A DNA stretch of 64,000 nucleotides from an uncultured Actinomycetes bacterium (GTDB lineage: Bacteria > Actinomycetota > JAICYB01): positions 666,815 through 730,814 of the forward strand of contig CAVXYW010000001.1 in NCBI GenBank assembly GCA_963766295.1. Direction: 5' to 3'. A program made the translations under genes and the position numbers. Shown here piece by piece: positions 37,960 to 47,563 of this stretch (the first letter of the stretch is position 1; every line of letters begins with the position of its first letter). The notes under the pieces are model-generated. The model did not search any database. It was given only the letters and a program-made list of their open reading frames with translations, and was not told the origin of the DNA.

Positions 37960-38097
37960 CTCGTAGCTCCTAGGCTCGACTGTAGGGGGCGAGAGGCGGC
38001 CGCCCGGATATCTATCGAATGAGTTCGTCCCCTATTAGGAACATTGTGAATGGTGCCTTAGCCTCTCGCAACTGTAGAGCTATTGCGTGGAGGAGCG

Positions 38098-38934
38098 TCA
38101 TCCGAAGGTGTTGCACTCCTCGACGGAGCCGCTGTCGAAGCCGCGACGGAACCACTCGACGCGCTGTTCGGATGAGCCGTGCGTGAAGTTCTCAGGGTCA
38201 ACCCGTCCCGTCGTCTGTTCCTGGATCCTGTCGTCGCCGATGGCCGCGGCCGCTTCCAGTCCTTCTTCCAGGTCCCCCGATTCCAGAAGCTGATCGTTGT
38301 AAGCCGAGTGGCCCCAAACACCGGCGAAGCAATCGGCCTGAAGCTCCATGAGGACGGACAGGTCGTTCGCGTCGTCGGGCGACTCCTGTTGCGCGCGCCT
38401 GACGTCCGGCTCGATACCCAGCAGGGTCTGAACGTGATGGCCGAACTCGTGTGCGATCACGTAAGCCTGTGCGAAGTCTCCCGGTGCTTCGAAGCGCTCG
38501 TGGAGCAGCCGGAAGAAGGAAAGGTCGAGATACACCTGACGGTCGGCCGGACAGTAGAAGGGTCCCGTTTCCGAAGAACCGACGCCACATCCAGTCTGAG
38601 TTGGCTGATCGAAGAGGACGAGCTTGGTCGGCTCGTATTGTTGTCCGGCTCTATCGAATAGCTCGTCCCAGGAAGCCTGGACGTCGTCCACCACGAACCC
38701 GACGAAGTCGACGAGATCGCGGTCTGGATCCGGCGCGTCCGACAAACGATCGTCCTGAGCGGGCGCTTGGGGAAACTGGTCGAACCCCTGGTCGATGTCG
38801 AAACCGCCGCCGCTGAGAAGATTGAAAAGAAGGTAGACGATCAGCCCGATCCCACCCAGGCCGCCGAGGGCTACACCACCGCCCATGCCACGGCGGTCCT
38901 CGACACCCGAGCCGCCGCCGCGCCGCCACCTCAT
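38098..38934 (-). CDS. neutral zinc metallopeptidase (YpfJ family)
   Basis: HEFGHHVQ (HExxH) and a glycine-rich N-terminal membrane segment. Confidence 0.75.
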   Translation of the reverse strand: MRWRRGGGSGVEDRRGMGGGVALGGLGGIGLIVYLLFNLLSGGGFDIDQGFDQFPQAPAQDDRLSDAPDPDRDLVDFVGFVVDDVQASWDELFDRAGQQYEPTKLVLFDQPTQTGCGVGSSETGPFYCPADRQVYLDLSFFRLLHERFEAPGDFAQAYVIAHEFGHHVQTLLGIEPDVRRAQQESPDDANDLSVLMELQADCFAGVWGHSAYNDQLLESGDLEEGLEAAAAIGDDRIQEQTTGRVDPENFTHGSSEQRVEWFRRGFDSGSVEECNTFG

Positions 38935-38947
38935 CGGTTGACTGTAG

Positions 38948-39601
38948 TCATTCGCGGCTCGGAGGTGGCTGTGTGACGTCGAAGCCGACGACCTTGGACA
39001 GTTGTAACAGTGCGTCGTCTGGATCGAGCACTTTGATAGTCGTCATGCCCATCTCTCTTGCCGGCTTCAGGTTCACACCGAGATCGTCGAGCATGACCGC
39101 ATCGATCGGTTCTATGCCGAGCTCCTCGCAAGCGATCTGGTAGAAGCGCGGCTCGGGCTTGCGCACGCCGATCCTCGACGACTCGACGATCACGTCGAAC
39201 AGGTCGAGCACCGGGTTGCGACCGCCGCCATTGCCGCTGCCCATGCTGATGAAGTTGTTGGTCAGGCAGGCCTGCTTGAGCCGCTGATCTTTGATCTTCT
39301 CGAGGGCATTGACCATCTGCGGGCGCAGGTCGCCGCTCAGGCAGCCGATCACCTCGCGCGCGTCGATTGGGTGGCCTGCGGCAAGTGCTTCGGCCTCGTA
39401 AAGGTTGCAGAACTCGTCGAAGGCAACATCGCTGCGCTCGAGCTTCGCCCAAGCGTTCTCGTGATGATTGGCCGCGTTGAGGCCTCGGATGAAGTCGTCC
39501 GGCAGCCCTTTTTCCCGCTCGTAACGAGCGAAAGACTCGAACGGGCTGGTGGTTATGACACCACCGAAGTCCCAGAGGACGGCGCGGATCACGCCAAACA
39601 T
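38948..39601 (-). CDS. HAD family hydrolase (subfamily IA)
   Basis: VLWDFGGVIT is HAD motif I, and there is a C-terminal VMLDD. An alternative ATG at 39634 would overlap the divergent hydratase start. Confidence 0.6.
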   Translation of the reverse strand: MFGVIRAVLWDFGGVITTSPFESFARYEREKGLPDDFIRGLNAANHHENAWAKLERSDVAFDEFCNLYEAEALAAGHPIDAREVIGCLSGDLRPQMVNALEKIKDQRLKQACLTNNFISMGSGNGGGRNPVLDLFDVIVESSRIGVRKPEPRFYQIACEELGIEPIDAVMLDDLGVNLKPAREMGMTTIKVLDPDDALLQLSKVVGFDVTQPPPSRE

Positions 39602-39618
39602 GTTAGAGACAACGGGCC

Positions 39619-40380
39619 ATGCCGATCGGGACATCAGTTGAAGGACACGTTGGAGTCATCGAGCTTCAGGATCCGCCGCACAATTTCCTGAACATCGAAC
39701 AGGTCAAAGCGGTGGCCGACGCCCTCGATGCGTTTGTCGCCGATATGGAGATCCGCGCAGTGGTTCTCGCCGCCCAGGGTAGGTCGTTCTGTGCAGGGGC
39801 AGGCTTTGGAGGAAGCGGTGGAAGCGAGCAGGTCGGTGGTTCCACTGAGGATCTGTACGTGCAAGCCGCACGGCTCTGCGAAGCCGAGCTCCCATTCGTC
39901 GCCGCAATTCAGGGGCCGGCGATAGGCGGGGGTTTGGGTTTCGCACTGACCGCGAACATGCGAGTTACGTGTCCCGAGGCGCGCTTTTCCGCGAACTTCG
40001 TGAAGCTGGGGATCCACCAAGGGTTCGGGCTTTCCGTAACGCTTCCCGACCTGATCGGTCCGTCAAAGGCCGCCGAGGTCCTGCTGATGGGCCGCCGATA
40101 CAACGGTGAAGAGGCCACAGCATTAGGCCTTGCCGACGTTTGCGTCCCACTCGAAAAGGTGCGCGAGACCGCGATGGAGCTTGCAGCGGAGATCGCCGCG
40201 GGCGCGCCGCTGGCGATCCGCGCGATCAACAAGACGTTGCGAGCCGGCTTGGCCGAGCGTGTTCGCGACGCAACCAAGCACGAGGCGGCGGAGCAGGCCA
40301 AGCTTTTCGCAACGCAAGACTCGCGCGAAGGGATCGCGTCGGTGAACGAGCGCCGGCCCGGCAACTTCACCGGCCGGTAA
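39619..40380 (+). CDS. enoyl-CoA hydratase/isomerase family protein
   Basis: Crotonase fold pattern (AAQGRSFCAGAGF, AAIQGPAIGGG). Confidence 0.8.
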   Translation: MPIGTSVEGHVGVIELQDPPHNFLNIEQVKAVADALDAFVADMEIRAVVLAAQGRSFCAGAGFGGSGGSEQVGGSTEDLYVQAARLCEAELPFVAAIQGPAIGGGLGFALTANMRVTCPEARFSANFVKLGIHQGFGLSVTLPDLIGPSKAAEVLLMGRRYNGEEATALGLADVCVPLEKVRETAMELAAEIAAGAPLAIRAINKTLRAGLAERVRDATKHEAAEQAKLFATQDSREGIASVNERRPGNFTGR

Positions 40381-40448
40381 GGGCCGAAGCGCCTTCTCCG
40401 CATCGGGGCCCATGCCGGGTCGCTCGCTCCCCGGTAAGCTCATCGCTC

Positions 40449-41207
40449 ATGTCCACCGCACAGATCAACGGGATAGAGCTCGGTTACGAAGCCTCGGGCG
40501 AGGGCCAAGCCGTCTTCTTCACGCACGGCTATCAAGCTTCAAAGGCGATGTGGCAGCCGCAGCGTGAAGCTTTGGACGGCGCCTATCGCGTGATCACTTG
40601 GGATCTACGAGGGCACGGAGAGTCGGGTATCCCCGACGATCCCGCCATGTACTCGCACGATCTGATGATCGGCGACATGGGTGCGCTAATCGATCACTTG
40701 GATGCCGAGCCGTCCGTCCTCGTCGGACACTCCCTCGGAGGCTATGCGTCGTTGTGCTTCTACCTCGAACGTCCGCAGTCCGTGCGCGCGTTGGTTCTAG
40801 TCGGCACAGGCCCAGGGTTCCGCGATCCCGAAGCTCGTGGGAAGTGGAACAGCATGGCCGAGCGGTTCGCTACACGTTTGGATGAAGACGGTTTGGACAT
40901 CCTCAAGCGCGCGAGCGCTGAGGTCAGCACGGCCAACCACCGATCGGCGAACGCGCTGGCCTTGGCGGCCCGCGGGATGCTGGCTCAATCGGATTCACGG
41001 GTGATCGACGCGATCGCCGAGACCTCGGTCCCGACGCTGGTGCTGATCGGGTCTGAAGACAAGCCTTTCATCGGGTCTAGCGAGTACATGGCCAAGAAGA
41101 TCCCGGGGGCCGAGCTGGTGACAGTGGATGGGGGAGGGCACGCCGCGAACATGGAACGGCCCGAGGCCTTCAACGCAGCCCTGCGGAGCTTCCTGGACCG
41201 GCTCTAG
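40449..41207 (+). CDS. alpha/beta hydrolase
   Basis: GHSLGG nucleophile elbow, a HG region near the N-terminus, and ATG 40449. The upstream part of the track ORF is an out-of-frame extension. Confidence 0.7.
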   Translation: MSTAQINGIELGYEASGEGQAVFFTHGYQASKAMWQPQREALDGAYRVITWDLRGHGESGIPDDPAMYSHDLMIGDMGALIDHLDAEPSVLVGHSLGGYASLCFYLERPQSVRALVLVGTGPGFRDPEARGKWNSMAERFATRLDEDGLDILKRASAEVSTANHRSANALALAARGMLAQSDSRVIDAIAETSVPTLVLIGSEDKPFIGSSEYMAKKIPGAELVTVDGGGHAANMERPEAFNAALRSFLDRL

Positions 41208-41394
41208 CAGCACGATTAGGCCCTTTGGAGGGGCCGCCGGTAGACTCTTGACTCGGGAATCAAGGGGCCACTGGGAGGGGTTCCTGGCTCGAATCGTAGA
41301 GCTGCTACGTGAGCGAACGCGTGCTCCGCTTGCCCTGATCGAGCGAGCGGGCGCGGCGTGGTCCGCACCCTCGGATTGGGTTCGCCGCGCCATC

Positions 41395-43485
41395 ATGCTC
41401 GTCGCAGCCATCGGCGTTTGGCTGATCCTCGACAACACGCTGGACAGAGGACTGCCGGCCGGGATCATCATCCTCGGCCTGGTCTTCGGCTCCCTCTACG
41501 CCCTGACGGCTATCGGGTTGGTCCTGATATACCGCGCGAACAGCGTTGTGAACTTCGCACAAGCCGAGTTGGGCGGTATCGCTGCCGTTTTGTCGATCCA
41601 GCTGGTTCTGCAGTACCAGGTCAATTACTTCGCTTCGCTGATCGTGGGGATCATCGCTTCGACGCTGATCGGCGCGCTTGTCTACACGTTCATCATTCGA
41701 AGGTTCCGGCGGGCGCCCAGGCTCATACTCGCCGTCGCAACCATCGGCATCGCGCAGATATTGCAGGGAGGGTCCATCCTCATCTCGCTGTTGTTCGGCG
41801 AGATCCCTGCGGGACGGCGATACGAGACGCCCTTCGACGTATCCTTCTCGGTCTTCCCGGTCATCTTCCGCAGCGATCACCTGCTGGCGATGATCATCGT
41901 CCCGGTCGTGATGGTCGCTTTGGCTTTGTTCCTTAAGTTCACCGACTACGGCATAGCGATCAGGGCAGCGGCCGAGAACGGCGACCGAGCCAATCTGCTC
42001 GGCGTGCCGATCCATTACCTGCATTTGGGCGTGTGGTCGATCGCCGCTTTCCTGTCGGCGCTCGCTGCGCTGCTGCGCACACCGATCGTCGGGTTCTCGG
42101 CGTTCACGGGCGTTACGGGGAGTGGCAACGCGCTTCTGCTTCGAACGCTGGCCGCTGCCGTGATCGGACGTATGGAAAGCCTGCCTAGAACTGTTGTGGC
42201 GGCTCTCGGCCTCGGCATCTTCCAGGAGGCCGCTTCGTGGACCTTCTCGAACACCGTGATCGTCGACGCGTTCCTCGTCCTGATCATCCTCGGCGCCCTT
42301 CTCGTCCAGCGTGGACTGATCAGCCGTGCAGCCGAGACCGGTATGTCGACGTGGCGGGCGATCCGCGAGGTGCGTCCGATCCCGGCGGAGCTCAGGAACC
42401 TGCCCGAAGTCCGGTGGGGAGTTTGGGGCCTGCGCGCGGTCATGGCGGCTTTCGTGCTGACCCTTCCTCTTTGGGCAAACACCGCGCAGGAAGAGGTCGT
42501 CGGACTCATCTACATCTACGCGATCATCGCCGTTTCCTTGGTGATCCTCACCGGTTGGGCCGGTCACATCTCGCTGGGTCAGTTCGCACTCGTCGGCTTC
42601 GGAGCGGCAACTACCGCTGTTCTCTACGGACGGCACGATTTCGATTTCTTCCTCGCTTTGATTTGCGGGATCGCGGTATCCGCATTGACCGCGCTGGTGA
42701 TCGGCTTGCCGGCTTTGCGCATCCGGGGTCCGTTCCTGGCGGTAACGACGCTGGCGTTCGCGGTGACGGCCGGCTCGTACTTCCTGGAAGACCGGTATTT
42801 CCCATGGTTCGTCCAGGACCGTATCGAAAGACCTACGTTCTGGGACCGCATCCCGCTGGACGCCGATTGGAAGATGTACTACGTCACGTTGATCGGGCTG
42901 GTCCTCGCTCTGGGTGCGGCCTGGAACTTGCGCCGGTCGCGCACCGGCCGAGCGTTGATCGCCGTGCGCGACAACCAGCTGGCCGCCGAGAGTGTGAGCA
43001 TCAACTCAACGCGCCTGAAGCTGACCGCGTTCGTGATATCGGGCGCGATGGCTGGGTTCGCCGGAGGGATCTACGCATTGCATCAGAACGGCATCTTCAC
43101 CGGTTCGTTCGATGCGGAAGTCAGCATCCGGCTGTTCTCCATGGTCGTTATCGGAGGTCTCGGCTCCCTTCCCGGTGCGCTACTGGGAGCCGGGTACGTC
43201 GAAAGCACTGAGTTCTTCCTATCCGGTGGATGGGCGCTTCTTGCTTCTGGTGCGGGGATCCTCGTCCTGCTGATGTTCCTGCCCGAGGGCCTCGGAGGTT
43301 TGATGTATACGGTCAGGGACGGGATCCTCCGCCGCATCGCACGGCGCCGCGACCTCGTCGTGCCGAGCTTGCTGGCCGACGTCCGCATCGAGACCGGCGA
43401 GATCGACATCGACATGACATCCGTTCTTTCCGGCAACGGACGCGTCGACAGAGCTTTGCCCAAGGCAAAGACGGGGAGCCGCTGA
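41395..43485 (+). CDS. branched-chain amino acid type ABC transporter permease, fused LivH-LivM
   Basis: About 696 aa. The first half is LivH-like (SLYALTAIGLVLIY..NFAQAE) and the second half is LivM-like (IIAVSLVILTGWAGHISLGQFALVGFGA). The start is uncertain (ATG 41395; the frame is open from 41128). Confidence 0.7.
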   Translation: MLVAAIGVWLILDNTLDRGLPAGIIILGLVFGSLYALTAIGLVLIYRANSVVNFAQAELGGIAAVLSIQLVLQYQVNYFASLIVGIIASTLIGALVYTFIIRRFRRAPRLILAVATIGIAQILQGGSILISLLFGEIPAGRRYETPFDVSFSVFPVIFRSDHLLAMIIVPVVMVALALFLKFTDYGIAIRAAAENGDRANLLGVPIHYLHLGVWSIAAFLSALAALLRTPIVGFSAFTGVTGSGNALLLRTLAAAVIGRMESLPRTVVAALGLGIFQEAASWTFSNTVIVDAFLVLIILGALLVQRGLISRAAETGMSTWRAIREVRPIPAELRNLPEVRWGVWGLRAVMAAFVLTLPLWANTAQEEVVGLIYIYAIIAVSLVILTGWAGHISLGQFALVGFGAATTAVLYGRHDFDFFLALICGIAVSALTALVIGLPALRIRGPFLAVTTLAFAVTAGSYFLEDRYFPWFVQDRIERPTFWDRIPLDADWKMYYVTLIGLVLALGAAWNLRRSRTGRALIAVRDNQLAAESVSINSTRLKLTAFVISGAMAGFAGGIYALHQNGIFTGSFDAEVSIRLFSMVVIGGLGSLPGALLGAGYVESTEFFLSGGWALLASGAGILVLLMFLPEGLGGLMYTVRDGILRRIARRRDLVVPSLLADVRIETGEIDIDMTSVLSGNGRVDRALPKAKTGSR

Positions 43486-46400
43486 TGGCCAAAGCTCCTA
43501 CCCGAAGAAAACCATCCGCACGGAAAGCTGCTCCCACCGAAGAGATGAAGACCCCCGAGATGTTGGCTGCGGAGATCGCGGGAGCCAAGCTACCGCCGCG
43601 CATACTCCCCGACGAGCCGCCGCCGCCCGAGTACGGACGGTTCGATCCGCGTCGCATCACCCATCCGGCGCCGTTGTTCCCGCTCGTCGTGCTGTTCGGG
43701 CTAAACGCTGTAGACGAGCTCGATCGTGTTGCGTTCGGTGTTCTCACCCCTGAGATCCGCGACTGGTTCGGTCTGTCGCTCTTCTCGGTAAGCCTGATCG
43801 CGACCCTGGTTGTCCCCGTGTCGCTCCTGCTCGAGTTGCCCATCGCCTATTACGCCGACAGGAAGAACCGCGTCCGAATGGCTGTAGCAGGGGCCAGCGT
43901 CTGGGGCGCCTTCTCCTTGTTCACAGGTATGGCCTGGAACGTTGGAACTCTGATCGTAGGACGGCTGGGCTCGGCAACCGGCCGCTTGTTCAACGCGACC
44001 CATCGCAGCCTCCTCTCCGACTATTTCCCGACCTCTTCTCGAGCTCGTGTCTTCTATGCGCACGGACTCGCGAATTCCCTGGGGCAGCTGATCGCTCCGC
44101 TGGCGGCCGGCCTTCTGGCTGCGGCCTTCACTTGGAGGACGCCTTTCGTTCTTTTCGCCATCCCTACGGCCTTTTTCGTGTTTCTCGGTTTGCGACTGCG
44201 GGAGCCCAAGCGCGGTATGCACGAGCGGCTAGAGGCCGGAGCCGACCAAGAGACCGCAGAGATCGAAGATGATGCGCCGGGCTTCGCGGAGACCTTCCGA
44301 GTTCTGTTCTCGGTGCGATCGGCTAAGCGCATCTACTACGCCTTGCCGTTCCTCACTGCGTCGTTCTTCGGTTTCGCCACGTTCCTGAGTGTCTTCTACA
44401 ACGACGAATACAACATCGGTCCGGGTACGCGTGGTGCGATCTTCTCGTCCATCGAGGGCGTCCAGATCATCTCGATCATCATCGGTGGGATCTTCGTCCA
44501 GCGCTTCGTCAATCGCAGTCCGGCACTTGCGATAAAACTGCTTGGTGTGTCGGCCATCGGTGTGTCGGCCGGGATAATCATCCTCGCGCTCTCTCCGAAT
44601 CTAGGTGTCGCGATCGCCGGCCACGCGATCCTGTCCTTCATGAGCGCGCCTCTACTCCCGGGAGCGCTCGCTGTGATCTCGTTCATCATCCCGCCGAGCA
44701 TGCGCACTCTTGGTTTCTCGACCGGGAACCTCTGGCTCCTGTTGGGTGCGCCGGCCATCCCGATCGTGGGCGCGATGGGCGACGCCTTTGGGATACGCGT
44801 CGCGCTGCTGATCATGGTGCCGATCTATCTGTTTGGTTCATTCCTGATCGCTTCTTCGGGCTTCACGATCGAAGCCGACATGGAACGAGTGAGAGTCTCG
44901 GCACGGGCGCAGGCGGATATGCGCCGGAGCCGTCGAGAGGGAAGTGCCAAGCTGCTCATCGCCCGCGACCTCGATGTTGCCTACGACGGCGTTCAGGTGC
45001 TCTTCGGAGTCGACTTCGAGGTTTCGGACGGGGAGATCATTGCCCTCCTCGGCACCAACGGTGCGGGGAAATCCACTCTCTTGCGAGCGATCTCCGGCTT
45101 GCAGCCGGCCAGCGGAGGCACCGTTCTGTTCGACGGACGCATCATCTCGGGCGCCGACCCCGTGCAGATCGCCCGCCTCGGTGTTGCGCAGATACCCGGC
45201 GGACGAGCCGTCTTCCCGACGCTCACGGTCGAAGAGAACATCCGCGTGGCCGGATGGATCTACCGCGGCGATGAGGAGCACGTTAAAGCCTCTACAGAAC
45301 GGATACTCGAGCACTTCCCTGTGCTGCGTGACCGCTGGGAAGCGCGGGCCGGCGACCTTTCCGGTGGCGAGCAGCAGATGCTTTCTCTCGCCCAAGCCTT
45401 CATCTCCAAGCCGAAGCTGCTCCTCATCGACGAGCTCACCCTCGGTCTCGCGCCAACCATCGTCGAGAAGCTGCTCGAGATCGTTCGTGAGATCCACGCG
45501 CAGGGAACGACCATCGTCCTCGTCGAGCAGTCGGTGAACATCGCATTGAAGCTTGCGAAGCGCGCCGTGTTCCTCGAGAAGGGTGAGGTGCGCTTCTCCG
45601 GACCTACCAAGGATCTTCTCGCACGTCCCGACGTCTTGCGCGCTGTGTTCCTCAAAGGGGCATCGTCGATGACCGACGGCAACGGCGAACTTCGGCGGGC
45701 AGGACCAGGGCGAACGAAGTCGACAAGTGCCCTTAAGGACGGAGAGGTCGTCTTGCAGTCGATCGGCGTAAGCAAGCATTACGGCGGTGTGCTCGCGGTC
45801 GATGGTGTCGATCTCGAGCTACGTCAGGATGAGATCCTCGGGATCATCGGCCCAAATGGGGCCGGCAAAACTACCTTCTTCGATCTTCTTACCGGCTTCA
45901 CCCCGCTCGACGGGGGCCGCGTCATCCTCAACGGTGAAGACGTCACCACGTGGCCGGCCAGCAAGCGAACGAAACACGGTCTCGGTCGGTCTTTCCAAGA
46001 CGCACGCCTCTGGTCTTCACTCACCGTGCGCGAAGCCGTCGCCGTCGCTTTCGAGCGAACGATCACCGAGCGGTCGCCTGTGCACGCGATGTTCGGTCTT
46101 CCGGTGGTCGGGGATGCCGAGCGGAATGTGAAGCGTCGCGCGGAAGAGCTCATCGAGCTCTTGGGGTTGAAGGCGTTCGCCGACAAATTCATATCCGAGC
46201 TTTCTACAGGATCACGACGCATCGTCGAGATCGCTACGCTCCTCGCGCATCGTCCATCCGTCCTTCTTCTCGACGAGCCTTCCTCGGGTATCGCTCAGAA
46301 GGAGACCGAAGCGCTCGGACCACTGCTGAAACGCGTGCGTGAGTACATGGACGGGAGCCTGGTTGTCGTCGAGCACAATGTGCCGTTGATCTCGACCTTG

Positions 46401-46643
46401 GCCGATCGCATAGTGGCGATGGACCTCGGACGCGTGATCGCCGACGGCACGCCGGACAAGGTGCTCAACGACCCGGCCGTCGTCGAGTCGTACCTCGGCA
46501 CCAGCGGCTACAAGGAGCTCACAGGAGCGGGCGACGGCCGTAAGCGGCGGAGCGCGGTACGTAAGCGCCCGACACGCAAGAGCGCAGTGCGCACTCCTCG
46601 CAAAAAGCCGACACGCCGCCGGACAACACGTAAGGCTCGATGA
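43486..46643 (+). CDS. tri-domain fusion protein: MFS-like 12-TM domain + LivF-like ABC ATPase + LivG-like ABC ATPase, with a Lys/Arg-rich C-terminal tail
   Basis: ATG 43486 overlaps the permease stop (TGATG). MFS signatures: GLNAVDELDRVAFG and YADRKNRVRMAVAG. First NBD: GTNGAGKSTLLRAISGL...LSGGEQQMLSLA...LLIDE. Second NBD: GPNGAGKTTFFDLLTG...LSTGSRRIVEIA...LLLDEP. The tail is RKRPTRKSAVRTPRKKPTRRRTTRKAR. One uninterrupted frame. Confidence 0.65.
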
Positions 46644-47485
46644 AGCGCGCGGTCGCCGGCGTTTTGTGCAGCCTGCTCATGTTCGCCGCTTGCAGTCTGG
46701 GTGAGCGTGAGGATTGGGCCGAAGCAATGCACGACGCATTTGATACGGCCCAACGCGCCAAGACGGCCAGCGCCTTTGTGCATGTCGACTTCAAAGCGAT
46801 CGATATCGTGGGTCGGTCCACACCCGATCAGCTGTTTCACGACCTCAATGGTGTAGTGGATTTCAGAACGCGCAGATCCCAAACCATCGAGACAACGGGT
46901 CGCAAGCAAGCGCTGATCTTCGATGATCTCGTTGCTTACCTGCCGCGCAGCGAAACTTCGACGGGGAAAAAGTGGGTCAGCACTGGTTTCCTGGAGGAAC
47001 CTGAGGAGGACGTCGACGTCGAGGACAGGCGGTTCTCGCTAGCCGTCCCGATGGTTTCTCCGATCATGTCGTTGGAGCTTCTGATGGGCGCTCTTACGGG
47101 AAGCACTCGCCGCGTTGGGGCCGAAACGGTTCGGGGCACACAAACGACTCATTACAGGGCTAAGGTCGCGCCAGACAACGCCGCGCGCGAGATAGACGAC
47201 GAAGACCGCAGGGAGGGGATCCTTCGGGTCCTGCAAACGATGGGTGCGAACAGCGAAGTGATAGATGCCGACGTTTGGATCGATAGCGACGGGCTGGTTC
47301 GACGGGTCAGCTACGGACTCGAGCAGCGGCAGGATCGAGTCAACTCGTTCCGGACCACCATCACGACCGACTATTTCGATATCGGCCGCGACGTGAAGAT
47401 CGACGTGCCGACCGACACGATGAGAACGGACGACTTCCAGCAGTTCGTCATCGAATTCGTCCGCGAAGCCGTTACGTTCGGCTAG
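46640..47485 (+). CDS. secreted lipoprotein of unknown function (translationally coupled to the ABC fusion gene)
   Basis: ATGA overlap with the upstream stop. The signal and lipobox are LLMFAACS. Confidence 0.5.
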   Translation: MKRAVAGVLCSLLMFAACSLGEREDWAEAMHDAFDTAQRAKTASAFVHVDFKAIDIVGRSTPDQLFHDLNGVVDFRTRRSQTIETTGRKQALIFDDLVAYLPRSETSTGKKWVSTGFLEEPEEDVDVEDRRFSLAVPMVSPIMSLELLMGALTGSTRRVGAETVRGTQTTHYRAKVAPDNAAREIDDEDRREGILRVLQTMGANSEVIDADVWIDSDGLVRRVSYGLEQRQDRVNSFRTTITTDYFDIGRDVKIDVPTDTMRTDDFQQFVIEFVREAVTFG

Positions 47486-47563
47486 CCAGCGGGCCGCTAG
47501 CCCTTACCGCGAGCGAAGCGACCGGCAAGCGAGTCCGCTGCTTCAGCTGTGGACTCGAATCGA

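Noticed and set aside
41305-42636. 443-aa minus-strand ORF opposite livHM
   Set aside because: It is acidic and arginine-rich low-complexity sequence antisense to a well-supported multi-TM permease.
43230-43485. N-terminal 85 aa of the 1137-aa ORF
   Set aside because: This stretch overlaps the livHM 3' end in another frame. The ATG at 43486 (TGATG coupling) gives the sensible start.
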